Source: Eikenella sp.
GTDB lineage: Bacteria > Pseudomonadota > Gammaproteobacteria > Burkholderiales > Neisseriaceae
NCBI GenBank assembly: GCA_030528345.1
Contig: JAUMZB010000002.1
Span: forward strand, 39,456 to 103,455
Reading direction: 5' to 3'
DNA length: 64,000 bases
Shown piece after piece: positions 9,360-21,719 of this stretch. Both the position numbers and the translations under genes were made by a program. A model generated the notes under the pieces. The model worked only from the letters and a program-made list of their open reading frames with translations. It was not told the DNA's origin and did not search any database. Within the stretch, counting starts at the first letter, position 1. Each line of letters starts with the position of its first letter.

Positions 9360-9437
9360 CCACCCCCTCCTCCCGTGTGCCGGCTCTTTCCTTTTCCGTA
9401 AACCGATCGCGCCGTCCCCCGACTCCACACCACCGCC

Positions 9438-11315
9438 ATGTCCGAGATTCTGCTTTACGCCTTCATCTATCTGTTTGCCGCCGTTGCCGCCGTCTTGCTT
9501 TCGCAACGCTTCGGCCTCGGCTCGGTATTGGGCTATCTGATGGCCGGCATCGCCATCGGTCCCGCATTGGGCTTGGTGGGCAAGGAAGTGGAAACCATCC
9601 AGCACGTGGCCGAATTCGGCGTGGTGATGATGCTGTTTTTGGTCGGCTTGGAACTGGCGCCGCACACCTTGTGGCAACTGCGGCACAAATTATTGGGGCT
9701 GGGCGGCCTGCAGGTCGGCCTCACCGCCGCCCTGATTGCCGGCGCAGCCATGGCCTTGGGTCAAAGCTGGCAGATCGGCGTGGCGGCAGGCTGCATCTTG
9801 GCTCTGTCTTCCACCGCCATCGTGCTGCAAACCTTAGGCGAAAAAGGCTTGCTCAATACGCAAGGCGGACAGGCGGGATTTATGGTGTTGCTGTTTCAAG
9901 ACGTGGCCGCCATTCCGATGCTGGCCCTGCTGCCGCTGTTGGGGGCAGCCGGCGAAGCGGCCAAAGCGCCCGATGTTGACCACTCCATCAATCTCTTGGC
10001 CGGCGAGCCGGTGTGGCTGCAGGCCTCGGCCACACTGGTGGTGTTGCTGCTGATCGTATTCGGCGTGCGCTTCATCGTGCCCGCCGCCTTCCGCCATATC
10101 GGCCGTACCGGGTTGCGCGAAGTATTTACCATTTTCACCCTGATGCTGGTGGTGGGCATTGCCGAACTGATGTCGGTGATCGGGCTCTCGCCCGCATTGG
10201 GCACCTTTATCGCCGGTGTGGCACTGGCCGAAAGCGCCTACCGGCACGAATTGGAAAGCCATCTGGAGCCGTTTAAAGGGCTGCTGCTGGGACTGTTTTT
10301 TATCACCGTGGGCGCGGGCATCAACTTCAAACTCTTGGGCGGGGAATTCTGGCTCATCATCGGCCTCACCGGCGGCCTGATGCTGTTGAAAATGCTGGTG
10401 CTGTTCACGTTGGGCAAAGTATTCCGACTCGACTCCACCCCCAACAAGCTGTTTGTCCTCAGTCTGGCGCAAGCCGGGGAGTTCGGTTTTGTGCTGTTGT
10501 CGATCAGCAAACAAAGCCACTTGCTGCCCCCGCTGCTGGCCGACCGCATCCTGCTGGTGATCGCCCTTTCCATGGTGGCCACCCCGCTGCTGTTTATCCT
10601 CTACGAGCGCCTCAGCAAAACGGCGGACACCGCCGCCGACAAGCGGCCGCCCGACGAAATCGGTGCCGGCAAACCGATTATCCTGCTCGGCCACGGCCGC
10701 TTCGGTCTGCAAATCAACCGCATGCTGGCTGCCTGCGGCTACCACGCCACCGTAATCGACTACCATGCGGAAACGGTGGAAGGGCTGACCCGATTCGGCC
10801 TGAAAACCTATTACGGCGACGCCAACCGCCCCGAATTACTGACCTCCGCCGGCCTGCAGCGGGCCGAATTACTGATCGTGGCCATCGACGACCGCAGCCG
10901 GGCGATCGAAATCATCGAATTCGTACGCCGTCATTATCCGCAACTGCCGGTGATCGCCCGCGCCTACGATCATTGGCACAGCCACGATTTATACCGCGCC
11001 GGCGCCGACCATGTGGTGCGCGAAACCTTCGACGCTGCCGTCCACAGCGGCCGCTTGGCCTTGGAGGCTTTGGGCATTCCGGCCGGCAAAGCGCGCGAGT
11101 TGGCCGAACTCTATGCCGCCCGCGACGACCGGCGCCAGCACATCCTGGCCGAATCGCACGACCCCTCCCTGCCCCTGCACATGAATGAGCAACTGACCGA
11201 GCGCCTGCGCGCCTTGGAAGCGGAAACCGCCGAGCTGATGCAGGCGCTGATGAAAGATCCGGCCGCCAAGCCTGGCGATACCCCCGCCCAACCGTTTTCA
11301 GGTAGCCTTTCTTGA
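9438..11315 (+). CDS. kefC: glutathione-regulated K+ efflux antiporter (CPA2 family, KefB/KefC-like) with a C-terminal RCK/TrkA-N domain
   Basis: 625 aa. Na+/H+ exchanger membrane domain followed by a GHGRFG Rossmann motif (ILLGHGRFGLQI). Confidence 0.8.
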   Translation: MSEILLYAFIYLFAAVAAVLLSQRFGLGSVLGYLMAGIAIGPALGLVGKEVETIQHVAEFGVVMMLFLVGLELAPHTLWQLRHKLLGLGGLQVGLTAALIAGAAMALGQSWQIGVAAGCILALSSTAIVLQTLGEKGLLNTQGGQAGFMVLLFQDVAAIPMLALLPLLGAAGEAAKAPDVDHSINLLAGEPVWLQASATLVVLLLIVFGVRFIVPAAFRHIGRTGLREVFTIFTLMLVVGIAELMSVIGLSPALGTFIAGVALAESAYRHELESHLEPFKGLLLGLFFITVGAGINFKLLGGEFWLIIGLTGGLMLLKMLVLFTLGKVFRLDSTPNKLFVLSLAQAGEFGFVLLSISKQSHLLPPLLADRILLVIALSMVATPLLFILYERLSKTADTAADKRPPDEIGAGKPIILLGHGRFGLQINRMLAACGYHATVIDYHAETVEGLTRFGLKTYYGDANRPELLTSAGLQRAELLIVAIDDRSRAIEIIEFVRRHYPQLPVIARAYDHWHSHDLYRAGADHVVRETFDAAVHSGRLALEALGIPAGKARELAELYAARDDRRQHILAESHDPSLPLHMNEQLTERLRALEAETAELMQALMKDPAAKPGDTPAQPFSGSLS

Positions 11316-11353
11316 GCCCGGCTCACTTTATTTATCCGTTTAGGAGCGAACTC

Positions 11354-12061
11354 ATGAAAACCATCGGCCTCATCGGCGGCATGAGCCCCGAAAGCACGGT
11401 GCTGTATTACCAAACCATCAACCGCACGGTAAATACCCGCCTCGGCGGCAACCACAGCGCCGACATCGTGATGCACAGCATCGATTTCGAGCGCATTGTG
11501 GCTTTGCAAAAAGCCGGCGATTGGGCGGCGGCGGGCGCGATATTGGCCGACAGCGCCCGCCGCCTGGCCGCCTGCGGTGCCGATGCCTTGGTGTTGGCCA
11601 CCAACACCATGCACAAAGTGGCTGCAACCATTGAAGCGGCGGTACCGATACCGCTGCTGCACGTGGTGGACGCCACCGCCGCCGCCATTCAAGCGCAAGG
11701 GCTCAAGCGGGTGGCGCTGCTGGGCACCCGCTTTACCATGAGCGACGGCTTTTACCGCGAGCGCATGCAGCGCTTCGGCATCGACACCCTGGTGCCGCCG
11801 CCGGCCGGGCAAGACGACATCCACCGCATTATTTTTGAAGAACTCTGCCTCGGGCGCATCGAACCCGACTCCAAAGCCCGCTATCTCGACATCATTGCCG
11901 GCCTGCAGGCGCAAGGCGCGCAGGGCGTAATCTTGGGCTGCACGGAAATCGGCCTGCTGTTGCAGGCCGAAGACTGTGTGCTGCCGCTGTTCGACAGCGC
12001 CGAAATTCATGCTTTGTCGGCGGTGGAATTTGCCTTATCCGGCGCCTCCTCAGTCGGCTGA
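11354..12061 (+). CDS. aspartate/glutamate racemase-family protein
   Basis: MKTIGLIGGMSPESTVLYY and the ...GCTEIG motif are typical of Asp/Glu/hydantoin racemases. RBS AGGAG lies 7 nt upstream. Confidence 0.8.
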   Translation: MKTIGLIGGMSPESTVLYYQTINRTVNTRLGGNHSADIVMHSIDFERIVALQKAGDWAAAGAILADSARRLAACGADALVLATNTMHKVAATIEAAVPIPLLHVVDATAAAIQAQGLKRVALLGTRFTMSDGFYRERMQRFGIDTLVPPPAGQDDIHRIIFEELCLGRIEPDSKARYLDIIAGLQAQGAQGVILGCTEIGLLLQAEDCVLPLFDSAEIHALSAVEFALSGASSVG

Positions 12062-13575
12062 TCCTGTTCAGGTAGCCCGGGCAGGGTCTCGGCTTCCACT
12101 TCGGCCTGCTCGGCCAAGCCGCGCTCCAACTGCTTATTGGTCTTCACCCCCAACCGATACAGCTTCTGCGCCCGGTTTACCAAATTGCCGCGCCCTTCCG
12201 ACAGTTGCTTGAAGGCTTGCTGATAATAGCTTTGCGCCTGTTCCAGATTTTTGCCTACTCCTTCCAGCGTGCTGACGAAGCCGACAAATTTGTCGTACAG
12301 CCGCCCGCCTTCCTCCGCAATTTTCAGCGCGTTTTGGTTTTGGTATTCGTTGCGCCATAAATTGGCCACCGTGCGCAGCGTCGCCAGCAGGGTGCCGGGG
12401 CCGGTGAGCATGATGCGCTTGTCGAAGCACTCTTGAAACAGCTCGGGGTCGTGCTGCAAGGCCAAGAGATAAGCCGGCTCCACCGGCACAAACATAAACA
12501 CGAAATCCAGCGAAGTCAGTCCTTCGATGCCGCTGTATGACTTGGCCGACAGGGTTTTGACGTGCTGGCGCACAGAAGCCAGATGCGCCGCCAGCGCCGT
12601 TTCGGCCTCTTCCGCCGTTTGCGCCCCGGTGTAGCGTACATAGGCAGTAAGCGAAACCTTGGCATCAATAATAATCTGTTTGTTTTCCGGCAGATGCACC
12701 AAGACATCGGGTTGCAGATAGCGGCTGCGGCCGTCTTCGTCGGTGTGGCGTCCGCCGCTTTGCACGCTGTATTCGCGCCCTTTCACCAAGCCCGAACTCT
12801 CCAGCACTTTCTCCAAAATCATCTCGCCCCAATTGCCCTGGCTTTTGTTGCGGCTGCCCACCAGAGCGCGGGTGAGGGCTTGGGCGTCGTCGTGCAGCTG
12901 GTGGTTGAGCTGCTGCAGGCGCTTGAGCTCGTTTTCCAGCGTCAGCCGCTCCTTGGCCTCCTTTTCATAAGTGTTCTGCACCAACTGGCTGAAACCGCTG
13001 ATGCGCTCATTTAAGGGATTCAGCAGCAAGCCGATCTGCTCGCGGTTTTGCTCGCTGAAGCGGCGGCTTTTTTCTTCCAAAATTTCGTTGGCCAGATGTT
13101 GGAACTGGCTGCTCAGGCTTTGCCGCGCCTCACCAAGCAAAGCCAATTTTTCTTCTTGCGCCAGCCGCTCCTGCTCGATTTGGGTGCACAGCCGCTCGTG
13201 GCGCAGGCGCAGATCGGCCAACTCCTGCTGCAGCACGGCATAATCTTGCGCCTCTGCCTGCCGGCTGCCTTCGCTCTGCGCCGCCCGCTCCTGCCATTGG
13301 CGGGCGGCTTCTGCCGCCGCCGCCGCCCGGCTCTGCTCGCCGTGGCAGCGCTGCTGCCAATGCGCCAGCTTGTCTTCCGCCGCCAAACGGGCGGCCTCGC
13401 CGTCCTGCTGCCGCTGCCGCGCCGCGTTCAGGTGTTCCTGCAAGGCCGTTTGCGCCAATTGGAATTGATGCCGCTCGGCCTGAAAGCGGCCGCGCAGCCA
13501 CAGCCACACCAGCAGGCCGCCCAATACGGCCGACGAAGTACAGAGCAACAGCCAAAGTTCGGGAGACAGATTCAT
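12007..13575 (-). CDS. rmuC: DNA recombination protein RmuC
   Basis: 522 aa with an N-terminal TM segment, a long coiled coil and a C-terminal RmuC domain (GNWGEMILEKVLESSGL...VDFVFMFVPVE). Confidence 0.85.
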   Translation of the reverse strand: MNLSPELWLLLCTSSAVLGGLLVWLWLRGRFQAERHQFQLAQTALQEHLNAARQRQQDGEAARLAAEDKLAHWQQRCHGEQSRAAAAAEAARQWQERAAQSEGSRQAEAQDYAVLQQELADLRLRHERLCTQIEQERLAQEEKLALLGEARQSLSSQFQHLANEILEEKSRRFSEQNREQIGLLLNPLNERISGFSQLVQNTYEKEAKERLTLENELKRLQQLNHQLHDDAQALTRALVGSRNKSQGNWGEMILEKVLESSGLVKGREYSVQSGGRHTDEDGRSRYLQPDVLVHLPENKQIIIDAKVSLTAYVRYTGAQTAEEAETALAAHLASVRQHVKTLSAKSYSGIEGLTSLDFVFMFVPVEPAYLLALQHDPELFQECFDKRIMLTGPGTLLATLRTVANLWRNEYQNQNALKIAEEGGRLYDKFVGFVSTLEGVGKNLEQAQSYYQQAFKQLSEGRGNLVNRAQKLYRLGVKTNKQLERGLAEQAEVEAETLPGLPEQDQPTEEAPDKANSTADKA

Positions 13576-13604
13576 GACCCACCATTCAGAGCAATAGCAA
13601 CAAT

Positions 13605-13633
13605 CAGGCTACCTGAAAACCTTTCAGGTAGCC
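13605..13633. terminator. inverted DUS pair downstream of pit
   Basis: AGGCTACCTGAAAACCTTTCAGGTAGCCT. Confidence 0.55.
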
Positions 13634-13652
13634 TATTAAACACACAAGCCGT

Positions 13653-15242
13653 TCAACCGAAAATGCCGTTAAACAACAGGAAGCTCACCGCCGCCAGCAT
13701 GGCGGCGGCCGGCACGGTAATCACCCAGGCCAGCGCAATCGGCTTCATCAATTCCCAGTTGGCGTTTTTGTTCACCAAACCGATGCCGAGCACCGCGCCC
13801 ACCAGGATATGGGTGCTGGACACCGGCAAGCCCAAGGCGGAGGCCAGCATCACAATGGCGGCGGCGGCCAATTCGGCGGTAAAGCCGGAGGAGGGGTGCA
13901 TCTTCGCCAGATTTTCGCCCACCGTGGCAATCACTTCCTTACCGATAAACCACAAGCCCACAATCAAGGCCACGCCGAAGGTGAGCATGGCAATCGGCGG
14001 AATCGCCGCCTTGCTGCCCATTTCGCCGCTGCGCAACACGTCCATGATGGCGGCAAACGGGCCGATGGCATTGGCGATGTCGTTGGAGCCGTGGCTGAAG
14101 GCGAAACCGCAGGCGGTGAACACTTGCAGCCAGCTGAACATGATGAAGGTGGCGCGGTCGGTGCTGTCGCCCGATTTCAGCTGGCGCGCATAGGCAAAAG
14201 TCGCCATCCAAATCGCCGCCCCCACCATGCCCATAATCAGGACATTGTGCAGATCGGTGAGGCCGAGATTCAAATGCTTCAGGCCTTTGAACAGCAGCAT
14301 GGCCGCAATCATCATGCCGCCCGCTGCCCCCACTACCGGCACCCAAACCTGCAGGGCGCGGAAGGCCTTCACTTCGTGCTTGTGCCGCTCAATCCGGTGC
14401 AGCTCGCGGTAGTAGTCGGACTCCAAATCCTCTTCGCGGTAATTGCCTTCGTTGTAAATCTGGGCATCGCGCACCATGGCCGCGGTGTAGGCCAACTGTT
14501 GCACTTCCGTCATTTGGTCGAACAGGGTTTTGTGGTTTTTTTTGTAATCCGTTTTTTGCTGGCGCAAAGCGCGGATTTGCTGCTCGGCGGCTTCGTTGTA
14601 GCCGAGAATGTATTTTTTGATGCACTTGAAAATCAGATAGGAGGTCAGCCCGCCGAGCAGGGGCGAGAGCACCCAAGAAATGGCGATTTCGCCGATTTTG
14701 CTCCACTTCACCAGGCTCAGGCCGCCTGCCGGCCCGCCGATTTGGAAACCCAATACCAAGGAGCCGCCCACAATGCCGCCGATAATGGCGTGGGTGGTGG
14801 ACACCGGCCAGCCTTTACGGGTGGCGAACAGCAGCCAGAAAGCCGCCGCCGCCAAGGCCGCCATCATGATGTAGACAAACTGCAGCGGCCGGATGTCCAA
14901 GCCGCCCAAATCCACAATGCCGCTGCGGATGGTGGACGTGACCTCGCCGCCCGCCAACACCGCCCCGCTCACTTCAAACAGGGCGGCAATCGCCAAAGCC
15001 TGCGGAATGGTGAGCGTGCCGGCGCCCACAGAGGTGCCGAAAGAGTTCGCGACATCGTTGCCGCCGATATTGAAGGCCATGAAAATGCCGAGGAAGGCGG
15101 CCAGCACGAACAGAATCGGATGGTTGTAATGGGTGTAGCCCAATCCCCAATAAACAAAATAGGCCGAGATGGCGAGCAAAACGGCTGCCGCCACAAAATT
15201 GACGCCTTTCATACCGACTGCAGGGTTGTGGGAAGTCATCAA
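13653..15242 (-). CDS. pitA: inorganic phosphate transporter, PiT family (duplicated-domain form)
   Basis: 529 aa. Two copies of the GANDVANAF-type signature ([14 protein letters not shown] and [12 protein letters not shown]). Confidence 0.85.
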   Translation of the reverse strand: MMTSHNPAVGMKGVNFVAAAVLLAISAYFVYWGLGYTHYNHPILFVLAAFLGIFMAFNIGGNDVANSFGTSVGAGTLTIPQALAIAALFEVSGAVLAGGEVTSTIRSGIVDLGGLDIRPLQFVYIMMAALAAAAFWLLFATRKGWPVSTTHAIIGGIVGGSLVLGFQIGGPAGGLSLVKWSKIGEIAISWVLSPLLGGLTSYLIFKCIKKYILGYNEAAEQQIRALRQQKTDYKKNHKTLFDQMTEVQQLAYTAAMVRDAQIYNEGNYREEDLESDYYRELHRIERHKHEVKAFRALQVWVPVVGAAGGMMIAAMLLFKGLKHLNLGLTDLHNVLIMGMVGAAIWMATFAYARQLKSGDSTDRATFIMFSWLQVFTACGFAFSHGSNDIANAIGPFAAIMDVLRSGEMGSKAAIPPIAMLTFGVALIVGLWFIGKEVIATVGENLAKMHPSSGFTAELAAAAIVMLASALGLPVSSTHILVGAVLGIGLVNKNANWELMKPIALAWVITVPAAAMLAAVSFLLFNGIFG

Positions 15243-15393
15243 AATATCCTTGCGTACTGAGGGGGTCGGAAACGCTTAACTGCGCTTACATTGTACCAAA
15301 AGCCGCCCGATGATTGAGGACGATCGCCCCGCCCTCGGCATTTGTGCAACATCGGCACACCGCCACGCTTGACAAGCGCCGGCCCGGCAAAAC

Positions 15394-15426
15394 AGAGGCT
15401 ACCTGAAACGCTTTCAGGTAGCCTCT
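15394..15426. terminator. inverted DUS pair downstream of purB
   Basis: AGAGGCTACCTGAAACGCTTTCAGGTAGCCTCT. Confidence 0.55.
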
Positions 15427-15444
15427 GTCCATTTGCGGCAGGGT

Positions 15445-16893
<1,449 letters not shown>

Positions 16894-16941
16894 CTACCTG
16901 AAAGATTTCAGGTAGCCCGATGGCGGCCGTGTACGAAAGGC

Positions 16942-17925
16942 TTAGTGCGGTGCGGAACCGTTGCGGCGGCTGTACAGCAGGGAAATCAGAACCGACAAGC
17001 CCAAAGCGCCGAAAATCACACCGAGCGAAACGGGGATGGGCACGTGTATCCAGTGCACAACGAGCATTTTCACGCCAATGAAGGTGAGCACGAAAGCCAG
17101 GCCGTATTTGAGGAACACGAAGCGGTCGGCGATATCGGCCAACAGGAAATACATCGCGCGCAGGCCGAGAATGGCAAAGATATTGGAGGTCAGCACAATA
17201 AAGGGATCGGTGGTGACGGCGAAAATGGCCGGAATACTGTCCACCGCAAACACCACGTCGCTCAGCTCGATCATCACCAACACCAGCAGCAGCGGGGTGG
17301 CCATGCGCTTGCCGTTTTCCACGGTGAAGAATTTTTCCTGATCAAAATTTTTGCTCACCGGAATGTGGCCGGTCAGCCAGCGCAGGAGCGGATTGCGGCC
17401 CAAATCGGCGGCTTCTTCTTTTTCCGGCTTCAGCATTTTGAGGCCGGTGAAGATGAGGAATACGCCGAAGATATACAGCACCCAGCTGAATTCGCGCACC
17501 AGTACGGCACCGATGCCCACCATCAGCGCACGCAGCACAATGGCACCGAATACCCCGTAGAGCAGCACGCGGTGCTGGTATTCCGGCGGTACTTTGAAAT
17601 AGGCAAAAATCATCAGGAATACAAAGATGTTGTCCACCGCCAGCGATTTTTCCAATACATAGCCGGTGAAGTATTCCAACACTTTTTCGGTGGCCACGGC
17701 CTTGCCGTAGGCCGGATTGCCTGCCAGTTCGAAATACAGCCAGCCGGCAAAAGCACAGGAGACGGCCACCCAAACGGCGCTCCAAAACAGGGCTTCCTTG
17801 GCGCTGACCTTGTGGGCGCCGCTTTTTTTCAGGGTCAGCATATCAACGGCAATCATGATCAATACGGCGGCAAAAAACACGCCGTAAAACAGGGGACTGC
17901 CGACTTGCGGATGTTCGGTCATCAT
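16942..17925 (-). CDS. TerC/Alx-family integral membrane protein
   Basis: Multi-TM protein with TerC motifs (LAVDNIFVF, ELSDVVFAVDSIPAIFAVT). Start set at MMTEHPQ. Confidence 0.8.
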   Translation of the reverse strand: MMTEHPQVGSPLFYGVFFAAVLIMIAVDMLTLKKSGAHKVSAKEALFWSAVWVAVSCAFAGWLYFELAGNPAYGKAVATEKVLEYFTGYVLEKSLAVDNIFVFLMIFAYFKVPPEYQHRVLLYGVFGAIVLRALMVGIGAVLVREFSWVLYIFGVFLIFTGLKMLKPEKEEAADLGRNPLLRWLTGHIPVSKNFDQEKFFTVENGKRMATPLLLVLVMIELSDVVFAVDSIPAIFAVTTDPFIVLTSNIFAILGLRAMYFLLADIADRFVFLKYGLAFVLTFIGVKMLVVHWIHVPIPVSLGVIFGALGLSVLISLLYSRRNGSAPH

Positions 17926-18053
17926 GTTTCCTCTGGTGGCCGGCGGCTGTACGGAGCCGCCGGGTGGAGTGTGGGCCGGGCATGCCGGCAAAGCATTATT
18001 ATGGGGGCCAACCGGGCATAAGAAAAGGCTGCCGCAGCAGCCTTAACTCAGAT

Positions 18054-18269
18054 TCAGCGTTTGAACATATTGCCGAATTTTTGATTGAATTTGTCTACGC
18101 GGCCGGTACTGTCCACGATTTTTTGTTTTCCGGTGTAGAAAGGATGGCATTCTGAGCACACCTCGATGCTGAACGCTTCTTTGCTCATGGCGGATTTGGT
18201 GGTGAACTGGTTGCCGCAGGAGCAGCTTACCTGAACATCGTGGTAATCGGGATGGGTATCGGGTTTCAT
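18054..18269 (-). CDS. rpmE: 50S ribosomal protein L31 (zinc-binding type)
   Basis: 71 aa, [22 protein letters not shown]...[13 protein letters not shown], with four Cys. Confidence 0.9.
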   Translation of the reverse strand: MKPDTHPDYHDVQVSCSCGNQFTTKSAMSKEAFSIEVCSECHPFYTGKQKIVDSTGRVDKFNQKFGNMFKR

Positions 18270-18405
18270 TTTGTTTTCCTTAAAAAAAGCGGGTATAGGG
18301 GATGTGCCTATACTTCATCAAGACAAGCGCGGGATTATGCCGCAAAGCCGAAACCGGCGCAAGAAAAGCCGGCGGGATTTACACGGCTGCGCCGCAAATG
18401 CCACA

Positions 18406-19200
18406 TCACACCGCCACTTCGGCCTTGATGTGCGGGTGCGGGTGGTAATCGTGCAATTCAAAATCTTCAAAACGGAAGGCAAACAAATCGTCCACCGCCG
18501 GATTGAGGCGCATCTGCGGCAGGGGGCGCGGTTCGCGCGTCAGTTGCAGGCGCGCCTGCTCGAAATGGTTGCTGTATAGGTGGGCGTCGCCCAAAGTGTG
18601 GATGAATGCGCCCGGCTGCAAACCGCACACCTGCGCCACCATCAGGGTAAGCAGGGCGTAGCTGGCGATATTGAAGGGTACGCCGAGGAAAATATCGGCG
18701 CTGCGCTGGTACAGTTGGCAGGAAAGCCGGCCTTCGGCCACGTAAAACTGGAACAGGGCGTGGCAGGGCGGCAGCGCCATTTCGTCCACCAAGGCGGGGT
18801 TCCAAGCCGACACCAGCAGGCGGCGGCTGTCGGGGTTGCGGCGGATTTGCGCCAATACCTGGCTGATTTGGTCGATGCGGCGGCCGTCTGGCGCGGGCCA
18901 AGAGCGCCACTGATAGCCGTACACCGGCCCCAAATCGCCGTTTTCGTCGGCCCATTCGTCCCAAATCGACACATTATTGGCTTTCAGGTAGCCGATATTG
19001 GTGTCGCCGCGCAAAAACCACAGCAATTCGTGAATGATGGAACGCAAATGCAGTTTCTTGGTGGTGAGCAGGGGGAAGCCGGCCGCCAAATCGAAACGCA
19101 TTTGATGGCCGAACACCGAACGGGTGCCGGTGCCGGTACGGTCGGCTTTATCGGTGCCGGTATCCAGCACATGCCGCATCAGATCGAGATATTGTTTCAT
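18406..19200 (-). CDS. thyA: thymidylate synthase
   Basis: 264 aa. [31 protein letters not shown] and [12 protein letters not shown] are the ThyA active-site region. Confidence 0.95.
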   Translation of the reverse strand: MKQYLDLMRHVLDTGTDKADRTGTGTRSVFGHQMRFDLAAGFPLLTTKKLHLRSIIHELLWFLRGDTNIGYLKANNVSIWDEWADENGDLGPVYGYQWRSWPAPDGRRIDQISQVLAQIRRNPDSRRLLVSAWNPALVDEMALPPCHALFQFYVAEGRLSCQLYQRSADIFLGVPFNIASYALLTLMVAQVCGLQPGAFIHTLGDAHLYSNHFEQARLQLTREPRPLPQMRLNPAVDDLFAFRFEDFELHDYHPHPHIKAEVAV

Positions 19201-19282
19201 ATTTTCCTTTCAGGTAGCCTGACCCGGCACAAAGCGGTTCCAAAAAAGACTGCCTGAGCCAAGTTCAAAGCGGCGCCGCCAA

Positions 19283-19891
19283 TCAAAGCCGCAATCTGCA
19301 CTTGCGGAAACAAACTGCATAACCCGGCCAACGCCAATGCCACCGGCACAGGGTTAAAAACCGCAACCAGGAGGGGAGCCGGGTCCGCCCCCGCAAGGTT
19401 TGCACAGCAAACAGCAACCACCCTGCAGCCAGCAAAAGCACCGCCGGCAGCCAATGCAACAACATGGCGTGCAACTGCCGCCAGTGTGCCGCCAAAACAG
19501 CGTGCGCGGCATGCGGACTGTCACGCAAGGCATGCGCGGCCACGCCAAGATAATAAAAGCCGGCATGCGCCAACGGCGAGAGGGCATAGCCGGCAAGCAG
19601 CAAGGCCAGGCTCCAACGGGCAGCGGCGTTTTGCACATCATGCAGACGATACACGCCAAAAGAAGCCGCCAGATACAGTACCGCAGTAAACGTGGCCGGC
19701 AACACGCCCCATAACAGGCTTTGGGCATCGGCAGGCAACATCAGCGTGGCCAAATCCGCCTCTTCGCCAAACAGCCTGATAAATTCGGGGTAACGCTGGG
19801 GCGCCTGTATGAACCCGACCAGCAGCATATCGGCCGCTGTCCCACACAAAGCGGCAACCAGCCCGGCCAGCAAAAAGAAATGCACACGCAC
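19283..19891 (-). CDS. hypothetical integral membrane protein
   Basis: 202-aa hydrophobic ORF between thyA and the AEC transporter on the same strand. No recognisable family. Might be frame-artefactual at its C-terminus. Confidence 0.35.
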   Translation of the reverse strand: MRVHFFLLAGLVAALCGTAADMLLVGFIQAPQRYPEFIRLFGEEADLATLMLPADAQSLLWGVLPATFTAVLYLAASFGVYRLHDVQNAAARWSLALLLAGYALSPLAHAGFYYLGVAAHALRDSPHAAHAVLAAHWRQLHAMLLHWLPAVLLLAAGWLLFAVQTLRGRTRLPSWLRFLTLCRWHWRWPGYAVCFRKCRLRL

Positions 19892-19987
19892 CTTGCTGCT
19901 CCTTATCCGGCAAGATTCCTACAAACGCCTTCCATACGGCAAGCAGGAATACCCACCCTTTCATTTACAGGCCATGAGCGGTATGCA

Positions 19988-20938
19988 CTACATCAGCCCG
20001 AGGCCGTACATTATCACAATGCCCAGCGAAGTGGTGAGCATGGAAGCGGCGGTGGTGAAACCGAGGATATTGGCCGCCGCCGTGGCATTGCCGCCCAAGG
20101 CGCGGGTCATCACATAGCTGGCCGCCGCCACCGGCGTGGCCGACATCAGAAACAGCACCCCCATGTGCAGCCCGCGCAAACCGAAGGCCAAACCCACCGC
20201 CACCGCCAGCACGGGGGCGAACAGCAAGCGGCCGGCACCGGCCCACAGGGAAATATCGCCCGCGCCGAACAGGCTTTTCATATTGAACGTGGCTCCCGCG
20301 CACAGCAAAGCCATCGGCAAAGCCAAATCGCCCAAATACTTGGCCGTGCTCAGCAAGGGCTTGGGCACACTGATCCCGCTTTGCTGCACCAGCATGGCGG
20401 CGGCAATACCCAGAATCAGCGGGTTTTTCAAGATGGTGCGCAGCATGGCGCCCCATTTGAGCCGCCGGCCCTGATGGCGGCTGAGCGTCATCACCGCCAA
20501 AATATTGTAGAGAATGGTGAGCACGCCGGTATACACCGCCGCCACCGCCAAGCCGTCCGCGCCGTAAGCATTGGCGCACAAAGACAGGCCGATGATGGCG
20601 AGATTGCCGCGGAACACGCCCTGCACGAATACGCCTTTGTCTTCCGTCTGCCTGACCCAACGCGCCGCCGCCCACTCGGCCAAGGTGAAAATCATCAGGG
20701 TGCTGCCGATGCCGGCCGCCAACAGCACGGATTGCGCGGCATAGTCGGCCTTACCGTTGAGAATGCCGAGAAACAGCAGCAGCGGCAGCGACACCAGAAA
20801 CACGGTGCGCGAGGCCTCGGCACAAAACGCTTCGTTCAGGTAGCCGATCCGTTTCAAACCCCAACCCAGCAACAGCAGCAGGATATTGGGCAGCATAATG
20901 TTGAGGGCAAACTGCAGGGAAGAGATAAACATATTCAT
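19988..20938 (-). CDS. AEC-family transporter (auxin efflux carrier / malate permease-like)
   Basis: About 316 aa from MNMFISSLQFALNIMLPN, a 10-TM AEC/Mleb-like pattern. The upstream in-frame extension covers a MITE-A remnant. Confidence 0.75.
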   Translation of the reverse strand: MNMFISSLQFALNIMLPNILLLLLGWGLKRIGYLNEAFCAEASRTVFLVSLPLLLFLGILNGKADYAAQSVLLAAGIGSTLMIFTLAEWAAARWVRQTEDKGVFVQGVFRGNLAIIGLSLCANAYGADGLAVAAVYTGVLTILYNILAVMTLSRHQGRRLKWGAMLRTILKNPLILGIAAAMLVQQSGISVPKPLLSTAKYLGDLALPMALLCAGATFNMKSLFGAGDISLWAGAGRLLFAPVLAVAVGLAFGLRGLHMGVLFLMSATPVAAASYVMTRALGGNATAAANILGFTTAASMLTTSLGIVIMYGLGLM

Positions 20939-21123
20939 AGCGGCAAACAGACGGGATAAGGATTTGCACATTGCCGGATGCGGGCGTCCTTCAAGGCAGG
21001 GCAGGCGCGGCGGGCGGCACACGATACAGAAATGCGCCGCAAACGGAAGTGTGCCAAGGTTTCAGCCTGAAAAGAGAAAAACAACCCCGCCTGATGCAGG
21101 CGGGGTTGGCAGAGGCGGCCGGA

Positions 21124-21555
21124 TTATTCGCAGCTCAGCGCTTTGGCGCTTTCGGCAAACATATCGTTGGCTTGTTTACACGCAGCGGCCTGTTGTTCGG
21201 CAGGCGATTCAGCCAAAGATTTTTTCAGCTCTTCGTTTTGGGTGGCGAAAGAAGCGGCCACACCTTGGTCTACTTTGGCCAAGCAGGCTTCTACGCGGTC
21301 GAAGTAGGCTTGGCAGGTGGCATCCAGAGCGGCCGGGGCGGCAGAAGCGGCCGCACCCTCGGCAGGAGCGGAAACCGGCTCTACCGGCGGAGTGGCTTCG
21401 GAAGCCGGAGCGGCTTCCGAAGCGGGCATCGCTTCGCTGGCGGCCGACGCAGCGACTTCGCTGGCGGCAGGCGCGGGATCAGCGGCTTTGTCGCCGCAGG
21501 CGCTCAGGGCAAAAGCCATCATCATGGCAGCCAAAACAGATTTATTCATCTTCAT
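21124..21555 (-). CDS. lipoprotein with an Ala/Ser/Glu/Pro-rich tandem-repeat linker and a Cys-containing C-terminal domain
   Basis: Lipobox (MMMAFALSAC). Repeats ASEAMP/ASEAAP/ASEATP are encoded by imperfect 18-bp nucleotide repeats. Confidence 0.5.
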   Translation of the reverse strand: MKMNKSVLAAMMMAFALSACGDKAADPAPAASEVAASAASEAMPASEAAPASEATPPVEPVSAPAEGAAASAAPAALDATCQAYFDRVEACLAKVDQGVAASFATQNEELKKSLAESPAEQQAAACKQANDMFAESAKALSCE

Positions 21556-21719
21556 TATTTAGCGTCTCCGAAAAAGTATATTCAGGTTGTTTGAGCGGTA
21601 TCAAAACCGCTCGAATCATAGCACTATTGTGATCAAATGGTGACGGCCGCCCCGCAAAAGCCTTTGGCCGGTTGCGAAATGGCAACGGTTTCGCGGCCGG
21701 CGGCACCGCTTATGCCTCT

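Noticed and set aside
14536-14543. T8/A8 homopolymer inside the pit coding sequence
   Set aside because: Poly-A/T tracts of this length are common and rarely phase-variable in Neisseriaceae. Noted only.
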